Source: Trichormus sp. ATA11-4-KO1 (GTDB lineage Bacteria > Cyanobacteriota > Cyanobacteriia > Cyanobacteriales > Nostocaceae). From it: DNA of 64,000 bases. Positions 19,991-30,297 of this stretch are shown in pieces. Under the pieces are notes generated by a model. It had not been told where the DNA came from. It did no database searches and saw only the letters and a list, made by a program, of their open reading frames with translations. The translations under genes and the position numbers were made by a program. The stretch lies in contig JAHHIM010000002.1 of the NCBI GenBank assembly GCA_019358915.1, positions 126,308 to 190,307 of the forward strand, written 5' to 3'. Each line of letters opens with the position of its first letter. Position 1 is the first letter of the stretch.

Positions 19991-20560
19991 TTGATGAACA
20001 GTTTGATAGCTTTTGGTAAAAAGCTAAAACTTCGCCAAATTTTAACCATCTTTTTAGCTGGTCTATTGTTGATAGTTAACACTGCTTGTAGTGGGGCAAA
20101 TCCTCAAGGTGCAAATCCCAATAACCCGGCTGTACAAGCTGGTGGTGCAAACAATCCTTATAAAAATGGTGGAGATAAATATACCAAATATAGAATGACC
20201 ACCGATCCCAAAGTGATTGATGCAGAAGAGAAGCAAGGAAGTGATCGAGCTAGCCTACACTCAGACTTACAAGTATTGATTGCCACAAATAAAGATTCTG
20301 AGATACTTTACCCTGGTGCTGAGACCCCCGCAGGTAGAGTTGAAAAAGAAAAACAATTACCACTCATCACTCAAAAAGACTTTCAACGTCCTAAATCTGG
20401 TGGTTTAATTCAACGGGAACCGGATGTGGGAACTCGAATTCAAGAACGCATTGAAACCGTAAAAGAGTCGGTTAAAGATGCTTCCAGCTTTTTGAAAGAT
20501 AAAGCAGAGGAAGCAAGTGCCAGACCGGAGTTACAAAAAAATCCGGCAGTAGGCAAATAG
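19991..20560 (+). CDS. Conserved cyanobacterial exported protein (possible DUF6658 family)
   Basis: Signal/lipoprotein-like N-terminus LRQILTIFLAGLLLIVNTAC, NPAVQAGGANNPYK; AGGAGG RBS. Confidence 0.65.
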   Translation: MMNSLIAFGKKLKLRQILTIFLAGLLLIVNTACSGANPQGANPNNPAVQAGGANNPYKNGGDKYTKYRMTTDPKVIDAEEKQGSDRASLHSDLQVLIATNKDSEILYPGAETPAGRVEKEKQLPLITQKDFQRPKSGGLIQREPDVGTRIQERIETVKESVKDASSFLKDKAEEASARPELQKNPAVGK

Positions 20561-20632
20561 AACTTATCTTCTGTTGCCAGATTCTACCTTATTTAAGGTT
20601 TCACTTAGTCACAAACATTCAAAGAGAACACT

Positions 20633-21241
20633 ATGAAAAGAATCATTACTTGGCTAAAAAATATTCGTCCTGTGAAAATTTTCACAGTATTTTTGGCAGG
20701 TATATTCCTATTTATGGCACAGGCTTGCAACCGTCCAGGAATAGCACAACAGCCACCACAACCTAATGCCCAACCACCTAATGTTGAGCGATACGACCCC
20801 ACTAAAGATTACGATCTCAATGCACCTGAAGGTGGGATGAATAATTTTAGTGATGTAGATCCTAGAGCCAAAGCAGCTGAAAGAGCCGCAAATGCTCGGG
20901 CTGAGGCACTAGCTAAAAATGCTCGGAGAAATGTTGAACAAAAGGGTATTAATAGTTCCGAGCAATATGTTCGCAATTATCAAGAAGGTACCCCCTTAGA
21001 CGAACGAGTCAAGCGCCTGGGTGCAGATGTTGGTAGTTCTGCTCAAGAATTAGGGGAAGGTGTGACTAAGGGGACTCAGCGCGGAGTCGAAAATCTCCAA
21101 AAAAATACTGAACGTGCTGCCAAAGACTTGACTAAAAATGTCAAGCGCACAACTGATGACACCGTAACCAATGTTAAACGTCAAGCTCAGGATACAGCTG
21201 ACGCAGCGAAAAGAACATTGAGAGAAGCTGATTTAGATTAG
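20633..21241 (+). CDS. Exported hydrophilic protein with LEA-like C-terminal repeats
   Basis: N-terminus ...FLAGIFLFMAQAC, EGGMNNFSDVDPR, ~11-aa periodic helical tail. Confidence 0.65.
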   Translation: MKRIITWLKNIRPVKIFTVFLAGIFLFMAQACNRPGIAQQPPQPNAQPPNVERYDPTKDYDLNAPEGGMNNFSDVDPRAKAAERAANARAEALAKNARRNVEQKGINSSEQYVRNYQEGTPLDERVKRLGADVGSSAQELGEGVTKGTQRGVENLQKNTERAAKDLTKNVKRTTDDTVTNVKRQAQDTADAAKRTLREADLD

Positions 21242-21272
21242 TAGATCGGTATCTCCAAAATGGCATAGGAGA

Positions 21273-21301
21273 ACCCTGGTTTCTTGAGGAAACCGGGGTT
21301 T
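21273..21301. terminator. Inverted repeat between convergent genes
   Basis: AACCCTGGTTTC...GAAACCGGGGTT followed by T run. Confidence 0.55.
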
Positions 21302-21316
21302 TGGGATTATCAGTAA

Positions 21317-22594
21317 TTAGTGTTGATGTTCTAAATACCAACTCTGTAGCGCCAATCGCTGAACTTCGCGCCAGGAAATATTATGGTTTCGGGCTAATTC
21401 TGCACAATCTTCATATTCTGGCTGGACGTTAGCAATGCACTTGTCTGGCGCTTGTCCTTGCCATGCTACTTTGACGCGGACTTTGCCATATGCAATTTCC
21501 ACTAGTTGAATTTCCCGTTGGAGGATAGCGCGCTGCTGGGTAGTCCGCCGAATTCCCAAAGTAGTGGTTTCGCGGAATAACACGGCTTCACAAGCTGGTA
21601 AATTTTCGGGATGACAGATGACAGTCAGTAAAATTCCGGGGCGGGACTTTTTCATGCCTATTGGCTGGGTGAAGACATCCAACGCACCAACAGCAAATAA
21701 TGCTTCAAACACATAACCGATCGCCTGGGGATTTAAGTCGTCAATTTGGGTTTCCAGTACGGTAATGTTTTCTAAATTGGCACTAATATCACTAAAATTG
21801 CGGAAATCTGATTGTAAACTAGCGCTGTCGCCCAGCCAAAGACGTAATATATTAGGAATTGGTAAATTGATCGTCCCTGCTCCCAGTCCTACCTGTTTAA
21901 TGGTCATTGGTGGTGGTGAACCAAATTCGGTAGCTAAGGTAGTGGCGATCGCCGCACCTGTGGGTGTCACTAGTTCCCGATCAATGCCGTTACTATAAAC
22001 AGGACAACTCCGCATTTCCCATAACTTTAATACTGCTGGTACTGGTACAGCCATTTGGCCGTGGGCGGCTCGTACTGTTCCCCCGCCTGTTGGTAACGCC
22101 GAGCAGTATAGTAGGGGTAATCCTTGATGATTGCTGGCAATTCCCAACCAATCCAACCCCAAGCAAGTGCCGACAATATCGACAATGGCATCTACAGCAC
22201 CTACCTCATGAAAGTGTACCTTCTCTGGTGCAATGCCATGTACTGCCCCTTCTGCTACTGCTAGCTGTCGAAATACCGCCAAACTCCAAGCTTCTGCCTG
22301 TGGTGGTAACTCAGCTTGGAGGATCATTTTTTCTATTTCTGGCAGGTGGCGGCCGTGGTGATGACTGTGTTCGTGGTTGTGGTGATGATGGTGTACCAAA
22401 TCCACATAAACTTTCGTCGCCTGCTGACCATTGCGTTGCACAAGTTCGGCTCTTAACTTGTACTCTGGTGCAATTCCCAACTTATCGAGTTTTTCACTTA
22501 AATACTCTACAGGAACACCCAGACTGACTAACGCCCCCAAACACATATCACCAGAAATTCCCGTCGGACATTGAAGATAAGCAACTTTAATCAT
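21317..22594 (-). CDS. larC: Nickel pincer cofactor biosynthesis protein LarC
   Basis: [11 protein letters not shown], poly-His, [45 protein letters not shown]. Confidence 0.93.
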   Translation of the reverse strand: MIKVAYLQCPTGISGDMCLGALVSLGVPVEYLSEKLDKLGIAPEYKLRAELVQRNGQQATKVYVDLVHHHHHNHEHSHHHGRHLPEIEKMILQAELPPQAEAWSLAVFRQLAVAEGAVHGIAPEKVHFHEVGAVDAIVDIVGTCLGLDWLGIASNHQGLPLLYCSALPTGGGTVRAAHGQMAVPVPAVLKLWEMRSCPVYSNGIDRELVTPTGAAIATTLATEFGSPPPMTIKQVGLGAGTINLPIPNILRLWLGDSASLQSDFRNFSDISANLENITVLETQIDDLNPQAIGYVFEALFAVGALDVFTQPIGMKKSRPGILLTVICHPENLPACEAVLFRETTTLGIRRTTQQRAILQREIQLVEIAYGKVRVKVAWQGQAPDKCIANVQPEYEDCAELARNHNISWREVQRLALQSWYLEHQH

Positions 22595-22760
22595 ATAGAT
22601 AAATTAATCAGTTTTTCTTTTGAGATGTTGCACAATTATTGTGATGTAAATCTTTGCGTATTTGCGGTAGACAATCATCCATCCGTGAAAACATGTGCAA
22701 CGGTGAATTTTATATTTTTCCAAAAATGCCAAATTCCCCCACTCTCATCCAAAACCTTCC

Positions 22761-23411
22761 ATGGCAAAAATTTTCGCTGTCCATCCTGATAATCCACAAA
22801 TCCGCCGAATAGAGGAAATAAAGTCAGCGCTCTCTAGTGGCGCAGTTATGCTCTACCCTACTGACACAGTTTATGCCATCGGTTGTGATTTAAATGCCAA
22901 GTCGGCAGTAGAACGAGTGCGACAAATTAAACAGCTAGCAAATGATAAACCATTGACATTTTTGTGTCCCTCACTATCAAATGTGGCAACTTATGCCTTT
23001 GTCAGTGATACAGCTTATCGGATTATGAAGCGCTTGATACCAGGGACTTACACGTTTTTACTACCTGCTACCAAGTTAGTACCGCGACTGGTACAAAGTC
23101 CCAAGCGAAAAACTACTGGGATTCGTGTGCCAGACCATACTGTATGCTTGGCATTATTGGCAGCGTTGGAAAATCCGATTATTTCGACTTCGGCACATCT
23201 ACCACCAGATGATGAGCAAATAGAGCTAGATTCAGAACCTAGACTGTCGCGGGTAGAGCTGTTTGACCGTTTAGATAACTTAGTAGATGTAATTATAGAC
23301 ACTGGTGAGGAACCAACATATGAAGTGTCTACGATTTTAGATTTGACGGGAGATGAACCAATGATGACAAGGCGAGGTTTAGGTTGGGAAGCAGCAGCAG
23401 CGTGGGTGTAA
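22761..23411 (+). CDS. Sua5/YciO/YrdC family protein (YciO-like)
   Basis: HPDNPQ, YPTDTVYAIGC, PGTYTF, GIRVP, STSA, STILDL. Confidence 0.9.
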   Translation: MAKIFAVHPDNPQIRRIEEIKSALSSGAVMLYPTDTVYAIGCDLNAKSAVERVRQIKQLANDKPLTFLCPSLSNVATYAFVSDTAYRIMKRLIPGTYTFLLPATKLVPRLVQSPKRKTTGIRVPDHTVCLALLAALENPIISTSAHLPPDDEQIELDSEPRLSRVELFDRLDNLVDVIIDTGEEPTYEVSTILDLTGDEPMMTRRGLGWEAAAAWV

Positions 23412-23777
23412 GAATCAAACACAAGCTGTTCCCTCCGTTTCGCAGAAATATAATAAAAAAGCTCCAGTTTTGAGATCGTCATACTTACAAGAACTGGGAG
23501 TGGTGAGGATAGGACGGTGATAAAAGTTGATATAGCAAGTGTTTTAACCACTTTTAAGGCGTGGTAGATATTCATGTGCCATACTCAATGTGGTCGTTTG
23601 TGCAAAAAGCGACACACTACTTTCCCTGTAACTTTGTAAATTACCTACAGTCTTATATATGAGCAGTACTTGCAGTAGGCTTTGATGGATGAATCTAAAT
23701 ATTTCTTCAGCCAATACTGGCCTGATTTGCTGTATCTGCGTTGTTGTTAAGGTGCGATACCACACCCAGGAAAATTC

Positions 23778-24998
23778 ATGAAAGCCAATCTCGCAAATCT
23801 ACCAACTTCTAAATCCACCTTTTTTTCCCCTGTTTCGGACGAGGAATTACCAGCCGACAATCACAATGGCTTGAGACAACTGCTATGTCAGGAAATGCAA
23901 GCTCAAGTCAAAGCTGCATCTGAGTGTGTACAATCCGTAGCACAGCGCATAGCTACAGAAGTAAAACGCATTTGTGATAAAAGTTCTCGTATCCAAACAT
24001 CTGGACAAATCCAGTCATGGCAGGTGACTTTGGCTAGACATCGCCTGCAAAAATGCCTGCATTACTACCAACTAGGTTCGCGACGGGGCAGAGTGGAATT
24101 ACATAGTACTTTAGGTGCTATGGTTTACCGCCATGTCACAATTTCCGGTTCAGAGTTGGGGTTTGATGCTCGTTACAACCTGATTGAAGATTTTCTGCAA
24201 GCATTCTACATCGAAGCGATCAAAGCTTTTCGGCGGGAAAACAAACTGCCGGAAGATTATCAGCCGCGTACCCAGTTACAATTAGCCGAATACATAGCAT
24301 TTACAGAGCAGTATGCCAAGCGGCGGATTAATTTACCTGGTGGGAATAATCAGCAATTGATTATCTTACGGGCCCAAGGTTTTGCACGTCGTCAACCCCA
24401 AGAAACTACTGTAGATATTGAGATGGCGGTGGAATCTGCCAAGAGTGAAGAAGCAGAATCTTACCAACGTAACTCGGCGGTGCAACAAATCAGGTCACAG
24501 ATGATTGCACAATCTAACTTCGATCCCTCGGAAGAATCGGAGCGCGATCGCGTGGTGGCGGAATTGGTAAAATATCTAGAAGAGCAAGGTCAATCTGACT
24601 GCGTAGACTACCTAACTCTCAAACTGCAAGACCTCTCAGCACCAGAAATTGACCAAATTTTGGGTTTAACCAGCCGTCAGCGCGACTATCTACAGCAGCG
24701 TTTTAAATACCATGTGGAAAAATTCGCCAAACATCATCACTGGCAATTAGTACATCAATGGTTAGGTGCAGGCTTGGAGCAAAAATTGGGGTTGTCTTCC
24801 CAGCAGTGGGAAACCTTTGTGAGGGTACTTTCTTTAGAACAGCAGCAAATCTTGGAGTTGAAAATTGCTCAACAAAGTGACCAGGCGATCGCTAAAATCA
24901 TTAAATGCACTCCTAAACAACTACAAAAGCGCTGGACTCAAATGCTAGAAATAGCATGGGCTATCCGCAATGGTCACACTGAAGTTCAAGCAGGCTAA
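23778..24998 (+). CDS. HetZ-related protein
   Basis: YYQLGSRRGRVELHS, LIEDFLQAFY, FTEQYAKRRI, QQLIILRAQ, LT.RQRDYLQQRFKYH, WQLVH.WL are HetZ-family motifs. Confidence 0.8.
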   Translation: MKANLANLPTSKSTFFSPVSDEELPADNHNGLRQLLCQEMQAQVKAASECVQSVAQRIATEVKRICDKSSRIQTSGQIQSWQVTLARHRLQKCLHYYQLGSRRGRVELHSTLGAMVYRHVTISGSELGFDARYNLIEDFLQAFYIEAIKAFRRENKLPEDYQPRTQLQLAEYIAFTEQYAKRRINLPGGNNQQLIILRAQGFARRQPQETTVDIEMAVESAKSEEAESYQRNSAVQQIRSQMIAQSNFDPSEESERDRVVAELVKYLEEQGQSDCVDYLTLKLQDLSAPEIDQILGLTSRQRDYLQQRFKYHVEKFAKHHHWQLVHQWLGAGLEQKLGLSSQQWETFVRVLSLEQQQILELKIAQQSDQAIAKIIKCTPKQLQKRWTQMLEIAWAIRNGHTEVQAG

Positions 24999-25190
24999 AA
25001 CTGAATTTACCCAAACTCAATTTCGTTGATTACAGATGTTGTTACAAAGATATTTCCCCATCAACCAATCACGAAAAATTACTGTCACTGCTTTTCTGCA
25101 TTGGGGCTAATTAGCAACGGAACATGGGGAAATAACCAAGAGTTTATCGTATTTATAAATTCGCAAAACTTGTAAAATTTAGATTATTTC

Positions 25191-25204
25191 AGTACAAAAG
25201 TACC
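25191..25204. promoter_or_regulatory. Candidate LexA (SOS) box
   Basis: AGTACAAAAGTACC matches the cyanobacterial consensus RGTAC-N3-DGTWCB at every position. Confidence 0.6.
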
Positions 25205-25338
25205 ATTAATTTATTAATATCAACCGACTTATCTAGCCTTATGCAGCCAAAATTAAAAATTCATATTAAGCAAATGACCATTTGTGACTCTTGCCGTGGA
25301 ATCCTAGAATAAGCAGGACTTTTAGCAAAGGGTTGAGG

Positions 25339-25815
25339 ATGGCTCTGACTCAAGGTGGACGGGCAAATCAGGCTGGAAAGATTTTAGAAAGTAATGTAGA
25401 AAGCATATTAACTGGACATGGTTATTTCCAAGTGGGGAACCATGTTACAAAAGACTTCTTATTAACTGCTAATTTATTAAAAAAACGCTACGCAAAACAA
25501 GTTTGTATTGGTGCAGGAATTTATCAAACTACCCTGAAGGTTGATTTTTACGTTGTCGGGTTACCGCTCATGCCATCTGAATTAATTATTGAATGTAAAT
25601 GGCAAGAAAGTGGTGGTTCAGTTGATGAAAAATTTCCTTATTTGAACATGAATATTCAAAACTATTACCCTGCACCAACTATGATAGTTATAGGCGGTGA
25701 AGGCATGAGAGAGGGAGCAATTAAATGGCTCAGACAACAAGTTACATATAATAATAATTTATTAGCGGTACACACTTTGGATAGATTTATTGCTTGGGCA
25801 AATAAAAATTTTTAA
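25339..25815 (+). CDS. PD-(D/E)XK nuclease superfamily protein
   Basis: G..LE, KVDFYV...IIECKWQESGGSVDEKFPY catalytic pattern; ATG 25339 preferred (frame open from 25291). Confidence 0.75.
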   Translation: MALTQGGRANQAGKILESNVESILTGHGYFQVGNHVTKDFLLTANLLKKRYAKQVCIGAGIYQTTLKVDFYVVGLPLMPSELIIECKWQESGGSVDEKFPYLNMNIQNYYPAPTMIVIGGEGMREGAIKWLRQQVTYNNNLLAVHTLDRFIAWANKNF

Positions 25816-26645
25816 TAGGAAGTTATTAATAGTTCATAAATCATCCCTCGTCTTTTTGTATTACAGTTAATTGAGCGAGAGGCTACTATGGGATAAATAT
25901 TAAAATTAATTTGTTTATACAGTTTTCTGACTAATTCACAGTCAGAATTACATATCATCATTTTCACACCACGACTAGCTAATTCGGCACAAGCATCTCG
26001 CAAACGTTCTTGGTCTTTTTCACCGAAAGAATTGCGGTGATAACCTGTGAAATAACTAGTGTTACTTATGGGATGGTAAGGTGGATCTAGAAAGATAAAA
26101 TCATCGCTACTCTTAGCATAATCGAGGACATTTGTAAAATCTGCCTGTCTAATCTCCGATGATGAGAGTGCTGCTGATGCTGCTCTTAGTAAATCTTCTT
26201 GACAAATGTTGGGATTTTTATATCTACCCAATGGCACATTAAATTTACCTTGAGAATTGACGCGATAAAGTCCATTAAAACAGGTTTTATTAAGATAAAT
26301 TAGACGAGATGCCTGTTCTAAATCAGTACCCCCAGGATAGGCTCTCACGTCATAATAATAATCTCTATTATGTTTATTTTTATGTTCTTTTAGTAAAGAA
26401 ATTAATTCTTCAACATGGTCTCTCACACAGCGATAAGTAGTAATTAATTCTGCGTTAATATCAGTTAAAATTGCTGTTGATGGTTGGAGATAGAAAAAAA
26501 TAGCACCACCACCTAAAAATGGTTCATAGTAAGTTTTATAATGCTTGGGAAAATAGGGAATATACTGTGGGATTAACCTGCTTTTTCCTCCAGCCCACTT
26601 TAAGAATGGCCGCGGGCAAGTTTCCTTGGGGATTTGACTTACCAT
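25812..26645 (-). CDS. Dam-family (D12) N6-adenine DNA methyltransferase, probably GATC-specific (DmtA-like)
   Basis: PFLKWAGGK, YEPFLGGGA, FNGLYRVN..GKFNVP.G, FLDPPY. Confidence 0.92.
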   Translation of the reverse strand: MVSQIPKETCPRPFLKWAGGKSRLIPQYIPYFPKHYKTYYEPFLGGGAIFFYLQPSTAILTDINAELITTYRCVRDHVEELISLLKEHKNKHNRDYYYDVRAYPGGTDLEQASRLIYLNKTCFNGLYRVNSQGKFNVPLGRYKNPNICQEDLLRAASAALSSSEIRQADFTNVLDYAKSSDDFIFLDPPYHPISNTSYFTGYHRNSFGEKDQERLRDACAELASRGVKMMICNSDCELVRKLYKQINFNIYPIVASRSINCNTKRRGMIYELLITSY

Positions 26646-26792
26646 TTATTTACAATTTAACTGCAACTAGGCTAATAAATATAGCAGAAGAACCATATTT
26701 TATGGTAATTGAGTAATTTTTTGGCTGCATAGATTACAATTAAATAGATATCAAACCAAATGTAAGTCTATAGCAAGGCAGTCTATATAAAA

Positions 26793-26999
26793 ATGTTTGA
26801 CGGATTTTGGGATAACGTCTTTCGCTACCCCCGCTACTTCGTTACTATCCTCTTAGGGGTGTTTCTGAATACAATTGAGCCATTGATACCACTGTTAAAA
26901 CGCCCAGTTACTTTGATTGCTCTCTTGGGTTTTTTTGTGGGTAGCCTAGTTTTTGTTACTCTCACCCTACGGGCAATGCTGGGTTTGAGTACAGTCTAA
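26793..26999 (+). CDS. DUF751 family membrane protein
   Basis: FWDNVFRYPRYF...TLRAMLG; typical position upstream of rbfA. Confidence 0.85.
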   Translation: MFDGFWDNVFRYPRYFVTILLGVFLNTIEPLIPLLKRPVTLIALLGFFVGSLVFVTLTLRAMLGLSTV

Positions 27000-27121
27000 A
27001 CTAAGGCTATAGCGGGTGTTGACCCCACAGACAGTTGCTATTGGCGTTGCGTGCGTCAAGCTCTGTCCTCCCCCCTTTTATATATTTATGTCGTACAACC
27101 TCTGTGAGGAGGCAGAATTTT

Positions 27122-27523
27122 ATGGCTACAAATCGCCGCATTTCCCGCGTTGCTGAATTAATTAAACGGGAAGTTAGCCAAATGCTACTTAACGGTATTA
27201 AAGATGATCGTGTGGGTACAGGCATGGTCAGTGTTACAGATGTAGATGTTTCTGGTGATCTGCAACATGCGAAAATCTACGTCAGTATTTATGGTACAGA
27301 GGAAGCAAAAGCAGAAACAATGGCAGGCTTAAGGTCAGCGACAGGTTTTGTTCGCAGTGAATTGGGTGCGCGGGTAAGATTACGTCGTACACCAGAGGTG
27401 ATTTTTATTGAAGACGATTCTCTAGAACGCGGTACTAAAGTACTGACGCTCTTAAACCAACTCCAGTATGAGCGATCGCCAGTAGATTTGTCAGTAGCTG
27501 AAGATGATGAATCTTCGGTGTAA
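27122..27523 (+). CDS. rbfA: Ribosome-binding factor A
   Basis: [53 protein letters not shown] before ATG 27122. Confidence 0.96.
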   Translation: MATNRRISRVAELIKREVSQMLLNGIKDDRVGTGMVSVTDVDVSGDLQHAKIYVSIYGTEEAKAETMAGLRSATGFVRSELGARVRLRRTPEVIFIEDDSLERGTKVLTLLNQLQYERSPVDLSVAEDDESSV

Positions 27524-27893
27524 GTAATTCATTATCCGTGGGTCTTCTCAATTCCTCATCCCATTTGCAGCGTTGTTATCAGTAATGTTACGATTTTGCA
27601 ACAAAATCAAATATTTTCTACCTTGATAAATTTACTGATAGCACCAATGGTTGGTTTAGCGAAAATTTATGATTCCCTAGCTCATTATTATAGTGGTAAA
27701 TGAGCGGGTTTTTGAGCACCTAAATTGTCTTACCCCAATATTATGGTTCAAATTGGCATTCGTATTGCCCAAACTACTGCTAATCTTACATAGAGCTAGA
27801 TAATTGCACTTTGTAACAGGTGTTTATCCGGAGCAAAGGATTTATCTACAGTGCTGTAATTCACCAGGCAAATTCTATTCTTTTTTAATAGAT

Positions 27894-28024
27894 TAAGTAG
27901 GTAGGCACAAATAAAATCAACTATGTAAAGAAAAATGAATCAGCTTAAAACCCTCTTCCCTTCTGCCTCCTGCCTTCTGCCTTCTGCCTTATCCTAGCGA
28001 TAAATTTTCCCACCCACCTACTTA
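27894..28024. repeat. MITE-like element with 12-bp terminal inverted repeats and internal TTCTGCC heptamers
   Basis: TAAGTAGGTAGG ... CCCACCTACTTA (11/12 complementary). Confidence 0.55.
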
Positions 28025-28349
28025 TTAACAGATGTCACTTTCCAAGCTTCGTGGTGTACCTTAGTTTTCGTACTTTGCAATAGTTTATACCGATTTTTCC
28101 GCTAGAAAGTTTGGATTGTTTAGCGATAAACAAATACCAGAATCTCGAAGCAAAAGCTTTACAGTGATGATTTAGTACATCAGCAATCTGCTAGATGAAA
28201 TATTCTCGCCCACCCAATCATGACCAAAATCAACAGCCGCAAGACTTTGAACCGTATGAAATACAAATTACGCTACCTTGTCGGCAGGTTAAGTTAATCA
28301 CCATTAAATCCTACTGTTGAGGTGTAGTTGCCGAAAAAGTCAGGAATTG

Positions 28350-28378
28350 TTGACATTCTTAACATTTCTTTAGATAAT
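28350..28378 (+). promoter_or_regulatory. Sigma70-type promoter
   Basis: TTGACA-17 nt-GATAAT upstream of the DUF4327 gene. Confidence 0.55.
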
Positions 28379-28479
28379 TTGAAGATATATAGCGTCAAAA
28401 TGGAATCAGTTCCGTATAGCAAACTACAAAACCCTAGCCACAAGTCTAATTTTTGTCATGTTTGTTCCCAATAATTAGT

Positions 28480-28488
28480 GGGAATACT
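28480..28488 (+). promoter_or_regulatory. Candidate SigJ promoter element (J-box)
   Basis: Exact GGGAATACT 30 nt upstream of ATG 28518. Confidence 0.6.
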
Positions 28489-28517
28489 ATCTACGTGTAA
28501 ATTTGTGAGTAAAAACC

Positions 28518-28754
28518 ATGAGTGTGAATACGGTGCCTTCTATCAATTACTATTCCCTGGACGTAATCCAAGACGAAGCACGCCGACTGGTGCAAAAAGG
28601 AATGGTCAGCCGACAACAGCCAATATATACACTCTGCCAATACATCCCCGCGAGAGAGTGGGTTTGCGTTGAATGTGAGTTAGAAAAATGTGACTTCTTA
28701 TTACGCGATCGCATAGGCGATTTGATTGGTCGTGAACAATGGGAGAACGATTAA
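28518..28754 (+). CDS. DUF4327 family protein
   Basis: YSLDVIQDEARRLV..G.VSRQQPIYTLC.YIPAREW...E.ELE..DFLLRDRIGDL. Confidence 0.88.
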   Translation: MSVNTVPSINYYSLDVIQDEARRLVQKGMVSRQQPIYTLCQYIPAREWVCVECELEKCDFLLRDRIGDLIGREQWEND

Positions 28755-29169
28755 TCAGTGTGTGCTTCAGATTTTGGATTGGGAGTTTATTTTGGATGTT
28801 TAAATTTGACAACAAACAATTAAATGTCTAATTTGAGGGATAATCTCTAGTTTTGATAAGTTTTTCCCGATCCAGAATCTTAGCTTTTCCATGAACGCGG
28901 AAGCATTAGAATCTTAATTTATACAATTTTTCAAGTTAAGACCACAATCAAATTAAGTTGTGATCACAATCCAGTGTAATAATTTAAGCATCTATCTTAT
29001 GTATATTTGCTGAATAGAGCAGTTTTATTTAGGAAACTGCCCTAGTAATTTTTCATAGTTTAAAACCGGGATTTGAAACTAAGTATAGTAGAGGACAGGG
29101 AACAGAATTGAAAATCTGTTGGTGTCCGGGTTTGGTGATTAGTTGATGCCCTAAGCTATGTGACAAATT

Positions 29170-29292
29170 GGCGTTGCTGAATCAAGGGATGATTCTTGTG
29201 TGGTGGGCATCTTGCTCTCCCAGAAATACAAGGGACGGGCAAGATGCCCATACCACAAAACCAGCAAAATTATCCCGCAAATATGCAACGCC
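29170..29292. repeat. MITE-like element with terminal and internal inverted repeats
   Basis: GGCGTTGC...GCAACGCC termini; internal TGTGGTGGGCATCTTGC / GCAAGATGCCCATACCACA. Confidence 0.6.
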
Positions 29293-29302
29293 GAAAATTA
29301 AA

Positions 29303-29656
29303 TTACCCTACTTGCTCTAAATACTGGTTTACATCTTCAATAATTCGGGTAAGTTCAGCTTCTGTAGTTAAGCGAATGTTGACATTACGGATAGTCAGTA
29401 GGACTTTAGCAGCAAAGGGAGTAGGCCAAATATTAGGATTACAGAATACTTCTAAAAATACCTCACCACTATAGCGATACTCTAGAGGAGGCTGGGGAGT
29501 GGCTTTGCCACTACCTGGAGTAGGTTTAGCAGCGACAGCTTTGAGACGTTCCATTAATTGATCCGTTGCTGCCTTTAATTCCCGTGCTGCCTGGGTTGAA
29601 AAACTGAAGGTGACAGAACCTTCAACCAGATTCAGTGTGAGAGGAGTTGAAGACAT
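29303..29656 (-). CDS. Conserved cyanobacterial hypothetical protein
   Basis: 117-aa ORF; LTLNLVEGSV.FSF, FLEVFCNPNIWPTPFAAKVL. Confidence 0.8.
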   Translation of the reverse strand: MSSTPLTLNLVEGSVTFSFSTQAARELKAATDQLMERLKAVAAKPTPGSGKATPQPPLEYRYSGEVFLEVFCNPNIWPTPFAAKVLLTIRNVNIRLTTEAELTRIIEDVNQYLEQVG

Positions 29657-29796
29657 GAGTTATTTATTAAAACTTATTGATAATAACCTATGTTACCGGA
29701 ATCAGTGACCTGATATCTGGCAGTACTAACGCTCTGTGATACTGGTGATATCAGCCTCCCACTAGCGCAGTGATACACTAGCAAAAAATAAAAGCG

Positions 29797-30297
29797 CTAT
29801 AAATTACATTTCAAAATAATATCTGATAATTCATGTGTTTTTCCTGGGCAAATATTAACAGCTGCCCCCAATTTCACGAATCCATAATTTTCATAAAACG
29901 ATATAGCTGCTAAATTATCGTAGTTTGTATATACCCAAAGCTCCTTAAATCCAAAAGCTAGTGCATATTCCTTTAATCGAGCCAGCATAATTGTGCCCCA
30001 ACCTTGCCGGCGGAAGTGCGGACGCAAACCGAACCATCCCAGCCACACAACATCAGGAGGACTATCAACTAGTTGGTAAAGTCCAATAACACCTATTGAT
30101 TCTGCTGCTAGCTTGGCAATATATACCTGCCACAAAGAAATTGATTGATCACGCCGGCCGATACCACACCACCTCAGCATTGCTAGGCTAAACTGATCTC
30201 CAAATTCTAACTCTTTTAAAAGAGGCCAAAAATCTAGAATATCTGTTGTTTGGATAATTGTGAGTGAATTTGGGGGATAGTTATCAAGTTTCTGCAT
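29797..30297 (-). CDS. GNAT family N-acetyltransferase
   Basis: Acetyl-CoA motif FRRQGWG, N..AISFYE.YGF. Confidence 0.85.
   Translation of the reverse strand: MQKLDNYPPNSLTIIQTTDILDFWPLLKELEFGDQFSLAMLRWCGIGRRDQSISLWQVYIAKLAAESIGVIGLYQLVDSPPDVVWLGWFGLRPHFRRQGWGTIMLARLKEYALAFGFKELWVYTNYDNLAAISFYENYGFVKLGAAVNICPGKTHELSDIILKCNL

Noticed and set aside
27035..27121. Long N-terminal extension of RbfA
   Set aside because: A strong RBS and the conserved N-terminus indicate ATG 27122
27827..27832. TCCGGA (DIF1-like heterocyst promoter motif)
   Set aside because: A single hexamer with no convincing -10 at the expected distance; compatible with chance
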